A program made the position numbers and the translations under genes. DNA of 58,844 bases, the filler included, from Catajapyx aquilonaris (taxonomy: Eukaryota): the NCBI GenBank assembly GCA_000934665.2. It is 2 parts of 2 records of this genome, joined end to end, with 100 filler letters (N's around TTAATTAATTAA, not from the genome) between each part and the next. Parts side by side here need not be neighbours in the genome. Positions count along the whole stretch, not along the records: positions 1 to 29,620 come from KZ539226.1; positions 29,721 to 58,844 come from JYFJ02004825.1. The stretch is one strand, 5' to 3'. Position 1 is the stretch's first letter, and each line of letters starts with the position of its first letter. Shown here one piece after another: positions 25,501 through 36,051 of this stretch. A model generated the notes under the pieces. That model searched no databases. It was not told the origin of the DNA and was given only the letters and a program-made list of their open reading frames with translations.

Positions 25501-28405
25501 AGTGATTTTGCGATGACGTAGCAGTGACGTGTAAAATGTCCCACTTCGGCGCCATTGAAAATATTAGCTGCCAATAGCAGCACACATGCTGATCGAATGC
25601 TGGTTTGGGCATTGCTTGGTTGGTGGTTAGGGGTCACCGCACATACCCTGTTTCACACCGCGTGTTGTGCGGGCGAGGCTGCCTTCTTTAAGGACTGTCG
25701 GATTGGCATTGGTGCCGCATGTGGTTGCACAGGGTTGATTACATGTGTGCTGCTATTGGCAGCTAATATTTTCGATGGCGCCGAAGTGGGCCATTTTACA
25801 CGTCGCTGCGACGTCAATCGTAAAGCGCTTCTATTAATAGCCGTTATAAAACGACACTTGAAGTTGGTCCACCCTGTATACCTACTATTAGGTAAATTTT
25901 CCATTTAAAATTAATTGTTCCTCACAGCCAAATCAGTCATGGAAGACATTCGTTGTTCCATCTTGCTCACAAATCAAGAGGCAGCAGAGGAGGTAATTTT
26001 GGTATTCATGGTTATTTAGTAACCAGCACTGCCAATGAAAGCAAGTTAAGGCTGGGATAAAGAAAATCCGGACTTCTTCGAGTTCCAACTCTGGCCGAAA
26101 GAGGAGACACTCTATCCCACCCTCCCTACACAAAAGAAGGGTTGCGTTTGTGGTTGCCCATTCCCTCTAGGCACAATAAACTCCGTGAAAATGAGGGTTC
26201 CCCCAATTTCTAGTAGTTCTCGAATCTGTCAAATTTTGACAAAATTATTATTTGCCGAAAGGTTATAGCTAAATATAAAAATCGGCTTCACAGGTCCGGA
26301 GCACCTCACTTTTCCGCATATTTTGGTGCTTGTTACGACATCACTTAAAATTTCACGACGGCGCAAATTACTCCAGTATGCAAATGACTTTTAAAAATTC
26401 TATATTAAGAATATGGGAAAAGTACTCACATGTGTAAGAGAGAGGTCAGTTACACTTCCACAAAAAAAAAATTGGTTCTGCTGTTGTTAGTTAGCGAGAA
26501 CGTTACTCCCAAATTATCTTTATCCCCCCCCCCCCNTTAAGCTTTGAACATTTATTGCTGCCAAGTAAAGCATAAAAATTAATAATGTTTCCCACTGCAA
26601 AGGCCTGGTAATCAGCAAGAAGCTGTTTAAATTATGATAACTTGCCATATTCAGGGTACTGTTTAATTCATAAACTTGTGTCCCTTACAGGCAGCCCAAT
26701 AGCAACCTCCCTCTGTCCTGGGGAAGCAGTGGACAAGCATGTGGGGCTATTGACCATCAACCAAAAGGAATTTACTCTGACTCCCATACCCCTTCAGACT
26801 GTCCGTCCCTTTGTATATGACAGTGTTATCCTCTCCAACGTTGAGGACGTCGATACCAATGATGAGGTCAGTGTTAGGAGTTCATTGTTTAATGTAAGTT
26901 GCAAATGTTAATCTTTGACATACCATATGTTTTACATGTTTCTTCTTTTTTGCTTCAAAAGCATGAATTTTATATTGTCAGTGGTGAGAACTAATGTTAT
27001 TTTTCTCCCTTTGGAGTATTTACTGATACAGTTGACACGCTTTTACCATGATCAAGGGGCCCAATTATTCCCTGGTGTGGTTGAGTATAGCAACTTCTTG
27101 GGGCACCTCCATTGGGGTACAAAAAGTGACACAAAAATAACTTCAGGCGAAATTTGTGATAACGAAAAGGATGCTTGGCACACACTGCATAATGTGGTGC
27201 AGAGTTAATTTGTGCTGCCAATCACATGAGTTGTACAGTGCTGGACATAATAGCCGTCGCTGAATGTTTTTTTCCGGCAGCGGCGGCGTTACCTGGCAAC
27301 CCTGTCCGGCGGGCCAATTCAAACATCAGCTCATGGAGACTGCTTCCATTGTTGCCACTGTTTACAAATCAAACGAGTGACGCGGACGACCCAGCGACGG
27401 GTCTCTTCTGCCTGCGCACTCACTCATTCGAATTGTAAACAGTGGCAAGAATGGAAGCGCTCTTCATGGGCTGATGTTTGAATTGGCCCGCCGGACGGGG
27501 TTGCCAGGTATTCAGCGACGGCTATTATGTCCAGCACTGTATGCCTCTGAATTGTTGATCTTAAAACGAGGGCAAATCAAAAAGTAATTCACAACTTTTA
27601 AAATTCTGAATCACGAAAGGGCAAGTCTTTCTCAAATTTTAGACATGGTCACCATACACATTGATGCACTTGTCACACTGGGACACTAGTTTTTCCTTTG
27701 CCACTGTAGAAAAAAGTGTCAGGCTGGCTGGGAGGCCAGTGGCAGACGACCTCTTTCACTTCCTTGATGTTGCTGAGATGTTGACAACCCAATGCTTCTT
27801 TTTTGGTCTGAAGAGATGGTTAAGACCATAATTTCATCAGGCGGGAGGCGCTAGGGAAGTGGACTGTTTAGTTCCTAGGTGGCGCGCGGATAGTAAACAA
27901 AGGCGCGATGCACAGTAACCTGCCATCAACAGACCCACCTAGCAAGTAAAGCCCGCATGCTAGGTAGCCTACGGATAGTAAACAACAGCTCTGTCGTTGC
28001 CACATTACTGTGACTTGCGCCGTTGTTTACTATCCGCGCGCCACCTAGCAACTAAACAGTCTGTTTGCCTAGTGCCTCCCGCCTGATGTGTCTGAGCGCA
28101 CCGTTTCTTGTCTATTGACCCCTCTAAATGGCGTTTCCGGACATGGGTTCTTGTGTGAAATATGTTTGTATTGGTCCCCTCTATTACCCTTCCAAGTCAG
28201 TCCCGAATTACAGCCTACACCCTGGATAGTAAAAAATCCAGACACGGTACTGATACTGGCATTAATTTTCTCTGTGTTCATATAAACACAGTGAAATTGA
28301 AGGTTTGTGTTAAGATGCATGCCATTTTATTTTTCTTCCAGGTCCAAGCTTACCTTTTTGACCACGTGACAGCATTAATCAAACGTACTGCTGAGAAAGA
28401 GACAG
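6203..28405 (+). CDS. MRE11: MRE11-like double-strand break repair nuclease with long N-terminal extension; 3' part missing
   Basis: In-frame GT-AG exons 6203-7082, 10566-10728, 11077-11213, 14733-14923, 19197-19404, 26691-26866 and 28342-28405 (606 codons, phases consistent). Phosphoesterase motifs [29 protein letters not shown] and WGHEHEC, plus [25 protein letters not shown] and IPLQTVRPF. No stop codon is reached before the gap. Confidence 0.93.
6224..6405 (+). repeat. Coding 12-bp tandem repeat encoding an RG/GAR tract (AGRG)n with (AETD)3
   Basis: gccgggaggggt units; translation [38 protein letters not shown]... Confidence 0.9.
6497..7005 (+). repeat. Coding 72-bp (24-aa) tandem repeat with an embedded 12-bp (QEEW/QEEG)n run
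   Basis: caagaagaagaggtgacaac recurs at 6581 and 6653; unit [24 protein letters not shown] and variants. Confidence 0.9.
7545..7995. mobile_element. Degenerate fold-back/MITE-like inverted repeat
   Basis: About 7570-7660 is an imperfect reverse complement of about 7790-7880. Boundaries are approximate. Confidence 0.55.
8248..10241 (-). mobile_element. Decayed Tc1/mariner transposon (probably DD37D/maT-like) carrying nested inserts
   Basis: ta|cagggtggcgctgttaaattaggaca ... tgtcctaatttactggcaccaccctg|ta. Minus-strand relic of a transposase C-terminus at about 8720-8915 ([34 protein letters not shown]...[18 protein letters not shown]) and frameshifted ORF pieces at 9718-10135. Confidence 0.75.
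8358..8698 (-). mobile_element. tRNA-derived SINE, head type 2
   Basis: TSD taagtact(a/g)tatct (8344-8357 and 8699-8712), A-box TGGCCGAGATGG, B-box GGTTCGATCCC and an oligo-A tail. Homologous to 19491-19826. Confidence 0.85.
10795..10872. repeat. Compound microsatellite (aac)(aag)n(aat)n(cat)n followed by a truncated SINE 3' fragment to about 11000
   Basis: Visible trinucleotide runs; the downstream ggaggggatgtgcaa is shared with the SINE at 584-939. Confidence 0.8.
11268..12147. mobile_element. piggyBac-like MITE
   Basis: ttaa|ccctaataagac ... gtcttattaggg|ttca (TSD with one mismatch). Confidence 0.7.
12517..12799 (+). mobile_element. tRNA-derived SINE resembling orthopteran Lm1-type SINEs
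   Basis: TSD atatacaatgt(t/c)cac (12502-12516 and 12800-12814), A-box TGGCATAGTGG, B-box GGTTTGAATCC, and body gtggttttccacgg...ccaggaaaatt...ggccacagccgcttccttcc. The Lm1 resemblance is from memory. Confidence 0.8.
13504..14304. mobile_element. TIR element with GAG ends and TTAA-like TSD (Sola3-like)
   Basis: ttaa|gagtgatttcccaaaacaagttcagtcca ... tggactgaacttgttgtgggaaatcgctc|ttca; the TIR core is repeated internally as a palindrome at about 13713-13747. Confidence 0.7.
14941..15042. mobile_element. ~100-bp MITE (Harbinger-like) close to the exon 4 donor
   Basis: ggggccgtccagacgggccaagctt ... aagcttggcccgtctgcacggcccc. Confidence 0.7.
15297..16755. mobile_element. Large fold-back element with two ~590-bp near-identical inverted arms
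   Basis: 15297 to about 15890 is the reverse complement of about 16165-16755. The ORF track shows mirrored near-identical peptides (15321-15617 minus and 16435-16731 plus). Confidence 0.92.
17321..17850. mobile_element. Fold-back MITE with ~200-bp arms
   Basis: tga|caaccaaggtaactcttcttaccctc ... gagggtaagaagagttactttggttg|tga. Confidence 0.85.
18421..18922. mobile_element. MITE with 21-bp TIR
   Basis: gggtcattcccacgtgccaca ... tgtggcacgtgggaatgaccc, with subterminal accacg repeats. Confidence 0.8.
19491..19826 (-). mobile_element. tRNA-derived SINE, head type 2 (small N gap inside)
   Basis: TSD aaccctgtaag (19480-19490 and 19827-19837), long poly-A tail on the minus strand, and a head nearly identical to 8358-8698. 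Confidence 0.85.
19915..20597. mobile_element. Tc1/mariner-derived MITE with transposase remnant
   Basis: ta|cagggtgtccgactacttactttacc ... ggtaaagtaagtagtgggacaccctg|ta, with the remnant peptide [10 protein letters not shown] at about 20295-20325. Confidence 0.8.
20604..22473. mobile_element. Probable Tigger-like element hosting nested palindromic elements
   Basis: Left end ta|cagttgactatggatataaccga; degenerate right end tgttataaccagggttggctg. Boundaries are approximate. Confidence 0.45.
21433..22060. mobile_element. Composite palindromic element: outer TIR plus inner hairpins at about 21521-21811 and 21855-22012
   Basis: gttaatacctgtgtctcgtccagggtgaaatttggtg versus caccaaatttcaccctggccaagacacaggtattaac; the inner ~130-bp arms are near-perfect. 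Confidence 0.75.
22729..23368. mobile_element. piggyBac-like MITE A, second copy (inverted relative to 3289-4594)
   Basis: ttaa|cccttaatcaccaacgtg ... cacgttggtgattaaggg|ttaa; the internal sequence is the reverse complement of about 3300-3790. Confidence 0.85.
23466..24456. mobile_element. PIF/Harbinger-like MITE (TAA TSD)
   Basis: taa|gggctggttgtatcaa ... ttgatgcaaccggcct|taa. Confidence 0.75.
24245..24380 (-). mobile_element. RTE-clade non-LTR retrotransposon 5' leader fragment
   Basis: The minus strand reads ccttatcgtggtggtggggtttg...gctatgccggcggtagc...ctactggtagggccacccaagtcggacaggtc, matching my recollection of the RTE/BovB-type motif GCCATGCCG...GTAGGGCCACCCAAGACGGAC.GGTC. Confidence 0.65.
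25454..25876. mobile_element. Palindromic mariner-like MITE
   Basis: ta|cagggtggaccaacttcaagtgtcg ... cgacacttgaagttggtccaccctg|ta, with ~135-bp arms. Confidence 0.88.
26050..26536. mobile_element. TTAA-flanked element with GG...CC ends (Kolobok-like)
   Basis: ttaa|ggctgggataaaga ... tctttatccccc...|ttaa. Confidence 0.45.
27236..27539. mobile_element. Palindromic Tc1-like MITE
   Basis: ta|cagtgctggacataatagccgtcgctgaat ... attcagcgacggctattatgtccagcactg|ta. Confidence 0.85.
27835..28088. mobile_element. Small fold-back element
   Basis: catcaggcgggaggcgctagg ... cctagtgcctcccgcctgatg, with inner arms ctaggtggcgcgcggatagtaaacaa / ttgtttactatccgcgcgccacctag. Confidence 0.75.
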
Positions 28406-29620
28406 GTGAGATAATTATGCTTGCATTTTTTTAAAGAATGCACATCTTAACTAAATGTGATCAATTTCCAGTAATTTTTAGTTTCAGGTCCATTCATGTC
28501 CATTTAAGTAATTTGTGCTGTCCCCCATTCTATTCACTTGAATTCACCACTCTGATTTAATTCAACATGAACTTCTGTTCTGAATTGAATGATGCCCATC
28601 ACTGGTTTCAAAAGTGACTGAAACCCTAATGCAAAAGTGGCCCACCTATAGAATCTGCTGGGGAGGTTACAAAAACATATCAAGAAAACAATTACACAGT
28701 GACATAGGAAGTAGTAAACCTAGCTATATGCTTAAGATTATTTTATTTCCAGTTCAAACTTAAAACATATTGGTCAATCAGTTTATGCGAACCTGCGCAA
28801 AAGTATTGGCCCACCCACGAGGTGCAACACATGAGTTAGCCTAATCCATATAAAACGGCGTGACGTACCCCATTGTAGCAATGACAGCTTCATTCAGGCA
28901 GGCCTGGTTGAGTCGAGGTCTGCTCACGCTTCTTTTGTGATACTCTCCCAGACTTCATTGATCTTGGTCTGTAAGGCCTCTAAGAGGTCGTCCATATACC
29001 ACGTGACCGTTTTGGGGGGAGGGGGGGGGTCTGCTGATATACCACGGTTGGTCACGGGGGGGAGGGGGGGAGGGGGTCGGCGAAAATTCACGTGGTATCT
29101 CTGAACACAGTGAATTGGCACATATGGGAGCTTTTGCAGATGCACATGGGTTCAAAATAACCTAAAATTCGAAATCAGCGACCCCGAAAACATGGGGAGA
29201 CATGTGTTTTACGTGCTTAACCCCTTCGGCCCCAGATCGGCCCGAACCACACAGTTTTTGGCTTACGCATACTCCGAGGATACGGACAAGATATTTTGCA
29301 AATAATAACAGCTATACTTACGAGATCTGGGAAAACCCTATGAATGTGTCTGGAACCATTTTACTCGTCTATAAGTCCCTAAATTAATTTCCAAAAAGGG
29401 GCAATAATAACTCGAAATTGGACTACTGCCGCCCAACTTTTAGGCTGATTTGATTATGAAATGCGTGAAAATATGTGGAATAACAACCATGAGAACCATG
29501 CCAGACGAATTTGCTGAAATCGTCCTACTTTGCGAGAAATAAATTAATACTTATTTGCGGCTTTCTGGCACTTCGGAAAACTTCGGAAAACTCCCAAATT
29601 TATTTGTTTCTCATGAAGTA

Positions 29621-29720
29621 NNNNNNNNNNNNNNNNNNNNNNNNNNNNNNNNNNNNNNNNNNNNTTAATTAATTAANNNNNNNNNNNNNNNNNNNNNNNN
29701 NNNNNNNNNNNNNNNNNNNN
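29621..29720. other. Artificial assembly gap/linker (N44 + TTAATTAATTAA + N44)
   Basis: Exactly 100 nt with a central linker giving stop codons in all six frames. Confidence 0.95.
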
Positions 29721-30489
29721 AAGTGGCTTTACGGCTGCCAGTCAAGGACATTACTTCTCAACGAGCAGAACTTCCACTCACTGGACGAAAAGCAGTGGTT
29801 GGATGACACCGTCATCGCTTTTTATTTGAAGTAAGTCTGACTTTAATGTGGGCGTTTCATATTGTTGACATTTCGCTGAAACTCGTCTGTTACGTAGGTA
29901 TATATTGGAGGTCAAAGCTCAACCCATCGTTCAGAAGCGGACGTATTTATTTGAAACCACCTTTTCCCATTACCTCGTGAGTGCCACCTCCAATAATGGC
30001 AAAGGCGAGCCAATAGTTGCTTTTAACGAAACAGAGGACATCCTCGAAAAGGACACTTGGCTAATTCCTCTCCATGTCAGCAACAACCATTGGATGCTGG
30101 CCATTGTCCTGAATCCCGGAAATATTCTAGGTGACCAGCAGCAACAGAATAAGCCTCCTGTCGTGCTGGTCTTGGACTCGTGTTCCAAGAAATGGGCAGG
30201 TAGGAAGGAGCTGACGAGCCTAAGGTGTTTCCTGGCATCAGAGTACAAGAACAGAAGGAACGTGCACGTCACAATTGATCCCAAAACACTACCTGAGGAA
30301 AGGCGGAAAGTCCCTCAACAAACGAACGGCCACGACTGCGGCATATTTCTACTTCACTTTGTGGAGACTTACCTTGTTGTGGGAGATCGTAACCCGCGAC
30401 AGGACTGGTTTCCAACCCAGGGACTGGAAGGGAAGAGACGGGAAATTCAGAAGCTAATACTGAGCTTGTCTGAGACACCCAGATGTTAA
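29721..30489 (+). CDS. Ulp1/SENP-family (peptidase C48) SUMO protease catalytic domain, 5'-truncated at the gap
   Basis: Exons 29721-29830 (KWLYGCQSRTLLLNEQNFHSLDEKQWLDDTVIAFYL) and 29898-30489 joined by a GT-AG intron. Catalytic His (NNHWML), Asp (VLDS), oxyanion Gln and Cys (PQQTNGHDCGIF) are present. Confidence 0.88.
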
Positions 30490-31319
30490 CTCTTGGTTTG
30501 GCGCACAGCCATTGCATAGTTGCAATAATGTGTGTGCAACTTTGATCAACGTCGAGTTTTCCAAAAATTTTGTCAAGACGACGCGACGCGACATGCAGCA
30601 CTCACTGTCAGTGGCATGAGAGACGTTTGACAACAAGAGTGTATACCTCCAGTGATTTGACCAGGCATGTCTAGAATATGGCAATAATATTGTATATACC
30701 GGTACCCTATTTTTGATATTATCAGGAGTTCACAATATCATGGCGATAATATCAAAAAGGACCTTATGAAAAAGCTAAACTCAAATCCTTTCATTTATAA
30801 AGCATTTCCTTATTTAAAATTGAAGCTAAGCACATGTTGAAACAAAATGAAAGCTTCTGCGTATTTAAGAGTGTTGTGCCAATTATAAATGAAAGATGAA
30901 ACTGTATTGCTCAATTTCAGTGCCCCTTCCATGCAAGAACACGAGACAAATTGTTTTCCCATGTCTCATTAGGATAATTGTATAAGGCATGAAAGATTGA
31001 ACATCTGTCGTCATTGCAAATGTCAAGTACGTACATGCGTTGTTCTGTTAAATAAAATATCTATTTTTGGCTTTCGTTTTCAATTTTTTTTTCGGCGGCA
31101 CAGAAAAATAATATTTCCCCCTGCAAGAACCATTCGAATGTGGCGCCCACCGGTCACGTGTACGCGAACCAAAGGAACAGTCCGGTCCGTTCCTCCTTCC
31201 CACATTTGCAATCGACAGCGACACAAATCCGGTTGGTGGCCCAGCAACAACTGGATGTAACTTTCATCATCTGGCTGGCACGTTGCCCTGGAGGGCTGCT
31301 GGAGAAGCCGGTTGGAAGC

Positions 31320-34300
31320 ATGGAGGAAGTGGACAACATCATCATCCAGTCGCTCAAGCAGATCGGATGGTAAGGACATTGCTTGCTTTTTAACGAATGG
31401 GGAGGTGATAATGTTGCCCTGCCCACTTCTCTTTTTTCCCCCCCTTCAATATGGCCCTAACACGTTATCAGCGAGGTGGATGATGGGGTGGAGAGTCTGA
31501 AGCAGTTTGATACCGAGATGGTGGTCATGGCTGCTGTCAGGTGCCTGAAGACCATGAAACCGGAGTTGGATCTGCCAAACACCTTGTCTCCGTCCATGTC
31601 CGTCAGGTTTCGCACTGCTGGAAAGATTGCGGAGATATGTCAGGTGGGGAAGTGGGCTTTTGCCCTGGAAAGGATCGGTGTTTCTAAATTCACCAAGTAT
31701 AGTTCCTGATAATGCAAGGCAAAATGCTTAACTAATATCCACTAAGAATCTGCTGATGGAAGTGTGCGAAACATTCACAGAGCCGTCGAGGACACTGGAA
31801 ACGCGGTTCAAATAATTTACGGAAAGTCACATAGGTGCAACCAAAGCCCAGTGCAGGCGCACTGACCTGCATTGATGCAGCTCATGCTAATTCAGTTCAC
31901 AAACTTGTCACGTAGGAGGCTGCGGTACTCTACATATCATCCACTATAATCATCTGGATGTGACTTCCCGTATTTCTGAAGCCTGAATGACAGTAACTGG
32001 GATTGCAAGTCAGCCATGTCTTAATGGACTACCCGCAGAGGCTGTATAGAATTGTCACACATTTTTGTCAGTTCCATGTGGATATTAAGGCACCTTTTAA
32101 CAGACACTGCCAATTGAGCGTGTCATTCTCACTGTGACTGTCCATTTTCGACAGTATGCTTGGGAGGATGCCAGATGGCATGTGTAATAATTGGTGAATG
32201 GGATCATTTCAAACTAAACAACTGTCGACAGTGAATAGAGCTGTGAACGCATGTGTGAGCATGTATAAGATGCAGAGAATAATAGTTCATAAATTTTTAA
32301 ACATTCCAGGAGCTGGGTTACAAAGGAGAGATTGGTTACCAGACGTTTCTGTACTCAAATGAGAATGAGATCAGGAAAGTCCTGGGTTTCCTCTTGGAAA
32401 AGATACCAAAAGAAGTCGAAAAATCTTCAGATGAGCCATTAGGTTTGTGACAGCATCACTTGGAGTAAATACTGTGTAATTTGACCTAATTTTTCTGTTA
32501 ATTTTAGGCAGGTCTGGTGATTTGGAAGGTAGAATTTCCCAGGCCATATCAACGTCAATGTCAAAGGTATGGTCACCGCCATATTGCAAAAGAGCAGATG
32601 AAGGATATTCACAGCAAGAGTTTAGCTCAGCAAGTGTTGCACTTCCTTCTGACTATGCAGATATACTCAAGTCATTACCCAAAGGTATAATTGGTTGCAT
32701 TAGCAAAGAATCCCATTGAGTGACATAAACATATCTCTTCTAGAAACGATGCGCTACTATGCTTCGCAAATCCCATTTATATCGCAGCAAGCTCCTAAAC
32801 AAAAAGTGCTGCCATCAGTTGTAAACTGGCATGAAGAGAGACTTGCAAAGCAGAGGAGTTCTAGACAGGTAATGGTGCTCATTTGCATGTCGATTTCACA
32901 GATGCATTACTTTACAATCAGTAACTGAAAGATGTAATTCTCAGGATTTCAAGAAGAAGCGAGGAGAAGAAAATGAAAAGAAGGTGTCAGAAATACTTTG
33001 CCAGGATTTAGAGAAATGCAAGGTGGATTCATATTCAGGAGATGTTGACAGTTTAAGAAGGAGGGTTAAGGAGGTTGGCCTGAAAAGAGAATTGAAAGAC
33101 ACTGAGGAAGAGAAAGAGGTGGACATTGTTGAACGTAAACCGCCAGATAATGCAGAAGTGAAGAAGGAGGAGCTAATATCAAAACTACAGGAGGAGGCGA
33201 ATTTACTGAGGGAGAAAATGGAGTCAACCCAAACTCAAGTTAAACGCCTTACAAACATGGAAAACCAGGTAAACTTTCGTTATATTCTTTTTTACTGTAC
33301 ACACAATGAGCTACAAGCAAGGTTAATGCACAGTATGTGGCTAGAAATATTCAAGTTATGAAAGATACAGTGTGATACCACTTAGTGATGGTAAAAGTAA
33401 ATGATATAATATGCTTTCCACCTGTTTAATCCTGGATTTAATTACCATTGCATAAGTCAACCTTACTGAAATAATATTGCCGTTAGTAATCCAGAATGTG
33501 ACTACCAAGTGTTAAATAAGTATTTGAATGGTGTAAGTAATTGCTTATTGTATTGTGTTACTGTTATAATCTCTTATTGTGTACCTAGCTGGAGATGCAG
33601 ATTCGAAGCAAGTCCCTGGATCTGAAAGAGAAGGAGAGGCGCTATGCAACAAATAAACGAACATATGCATTACTGCCAGATGCAGAGGCTAACATTACTA
33701 AGCTACGTGCCCTAGTGGAGCAGACCTCCCAGCGCCTCGTAACATTGGCTCAACAGTGGGAGAAGCATCGATCTGTAACAATAGAAGAGTACCGGCAGAA
33801 GAAGGGTGATAGCAAAAGCAGACACGTGAGAGGCTCCAGATCTTTTATGTGTTAACAACATTCATGTCAGGTTTTGTGTAGCAGGGTATTCATGCCTATA
33901 ACAGAGGAAGTTGTGAAATTGTAATATTCTGACATAGTACTTGGGGTAGACTTGAGAAAAGGTTCAGATGGGATTAGGGGATACTTGCGATTAAAATAGG
34001 GGATATTTGCGATTGAAAAATGAAGGACGCCTCATTTCTCTGTAGTTTTGAAGAAGGGTTTAAATGGCTACAGTAATGCTTTCCTTACTGCAACCTGAAA
34101 TGGGTTTTTTAAAAATTGTGAGGACAATGACAATTCCAGTGAAGAACTAGAGAGTTTGGATTGGTTTTTCATCCTCCTGCTAATATAAGGATATGTAAGG
34201 GTCCGTTAGCAACCTGCTTCTGCTAGCCATGGTTTCTGGTTATTGAGAGAGACATTGATAATTATTATTATCAGCAGGACGAAAATTTGATTCTTTTTTA

Positions 34301-36051
34301 AAAGTCAAGGGTGGAAGTCCATTTCAGGACAGTAAATATCGTAAATATTAGCAAGTGAAATCAAGAGTAGTAATATTTGCAGGTAATTTTGCTTCTTTAC
34401 CAATCAGTGGCTAAGAAGGTCTTATTACACCACCTGCCACATGCCATTTTGCTAGTCACCCTATCTCTAGGGTTTCATATTCTTCGTAACAATATCATAC
34501 CCACAGCTCTCAGATGGGTGTCATTTTTCACCTATGGTTGCTGTCAGTGGGCATGCAAGGTCACATGTGGCAGGTCCAGGGGTGCGATTTTGAGAAATGC
34601 ATAGGGGTGTATTGTATGATTGTATACCAAGACGATAGCCACTTCGTTTGAATGCTTACATGTGATGAAACTGACCGGTGATGACAATCATTATCCACCC
34701 AGAAGCAGAGGAATGTAGTAGTGATGAAGTATGATTACCAGGCTTTGTGTGTGGCTAACCTGATGAACGTAATTTTGCAAGATACACACATATTAAGTCC
34801 TTAAAGGTTACAGGTTGTCTTTCACATTACTTAAAATTATGCTTATTGCCACTGATCTACAAAAGCAGTGAACAGCATCTTTCTAGGACAGACGTTTATT
34901 TTTACACTCTGTTCCTGCATAATTTTGCTGTTTAGCAGGCGAGGAAAGCTGTAAATGTCACATACTTACCATCACTCTGTAACAAATGTCAGAAGTTTAT
35001 GGGAGGACCAGCCAAACACATTAACATGTCAAGCCATATGATACTCCTGTGAACACCTCTCAAAGTGGTGATCTAACATGTTTTTACGCCTGAAACTGTG
35101 AGTTATTTCATGCAGTCTTGGCTTACATTTGCGTGGCCATGTTTTAATTATTATGTGGGTTAAGTGTGTATGTCCCAAACCTTCCATTCCATTCCAACAC
35201 CACCTACATGAAATTGTCAATACTAATCACATCATAAGGGGCTCTCATAATTTTGTAAGCCAGAAACCTTTTCTAACACATTGTTTTCTTTTGTTGTTAA
35301 GTGTGAGACTCAGAAGCAGACCTTAGAAGTGGTGGAGATGGAGTCAAAAATCAAGCAGCTGGTAAGAGAAGCAAGAAGGAAAGACGAGTTTGTAAAGGTG
35401 CTGAAGACTGAGTGGGAGAAGATGTCCAAGGATGCAAACAATCGATGGGCTTACACCCGCAGGATAGCAGAGATAATTGCCAGCATAAAAAAACAGAATG
35501 AAGAGATAGACAGGGTTCTGGTGCAGACGAAGCAGATGCACAAGGACATCAATCACATCAATGGGATGCTCGACAGGACGTTCACTGTTACTGATGAACT
35601 CATCTTCAGGGTACGGAGAAGCATGTTTTGTTGATGTATATCTAGTCAGAGGTTTATGACTCACGTAGCATCAGCAAACCCTACCCATCATCACTGATAT
35701 TACTAACAATACTTGCCATTCCCAGGATGCCAAAAAAGATAAGGAGGTACGCAAAGCTTATAAGTTGCTGGCCACCCTACACAGCGAATGTGCCGAGCTA
35801 GTAAAAGTGGTTGAAGAGACAGGAGCAATCACGCGAGAAATTAGAGACCTGGAAGATCAGGTTTGTGTTTATATGTATTCCTCAGTGCTACTCCACCTTC
35901 ATGCCATTGCCAAAACTATGTTGCAATTTTCCAGTTTGAGACTGAAAATTCTAAGCGAGTGAGTGCCAACCTGGAAAGAATAACGGCTGACTTGCAACAG
36001 ATGAAGCATGAAAATGCAGCCCTTATGGTGCAGCTGAAGAACACGGCATGA
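31320..36051 (+). CDS. CCDC22: Coiled-coil domain-containing protein 22 (CCC/Commander complex)
   Basis: Ten exons: 31320-31369, 31472-31643, 32310-32442, 32508-32684, 32744-32868, 32945-33268, 33589-33825, 35302-35610, 35726-35860, 35935-36051 (592 aa). Motifs MEEVDNIII, LGYKGEIGYQTFLYS, YTRRIAEII, LDRTFTVTDELIFRDAKKD; AATAAA at about 36248. Confidence 0.93.

Noticed and set aside
30150..30175. PxVxL-like motif (PPVVL) in the SENP domain, suggesting HP1 binding as in SENP7, with HP1 nearby
   Set aside because: It falls at the beta-strand leading to the catalytic Asp and is probably buried. Gene proximity in animals does not imply interaction.
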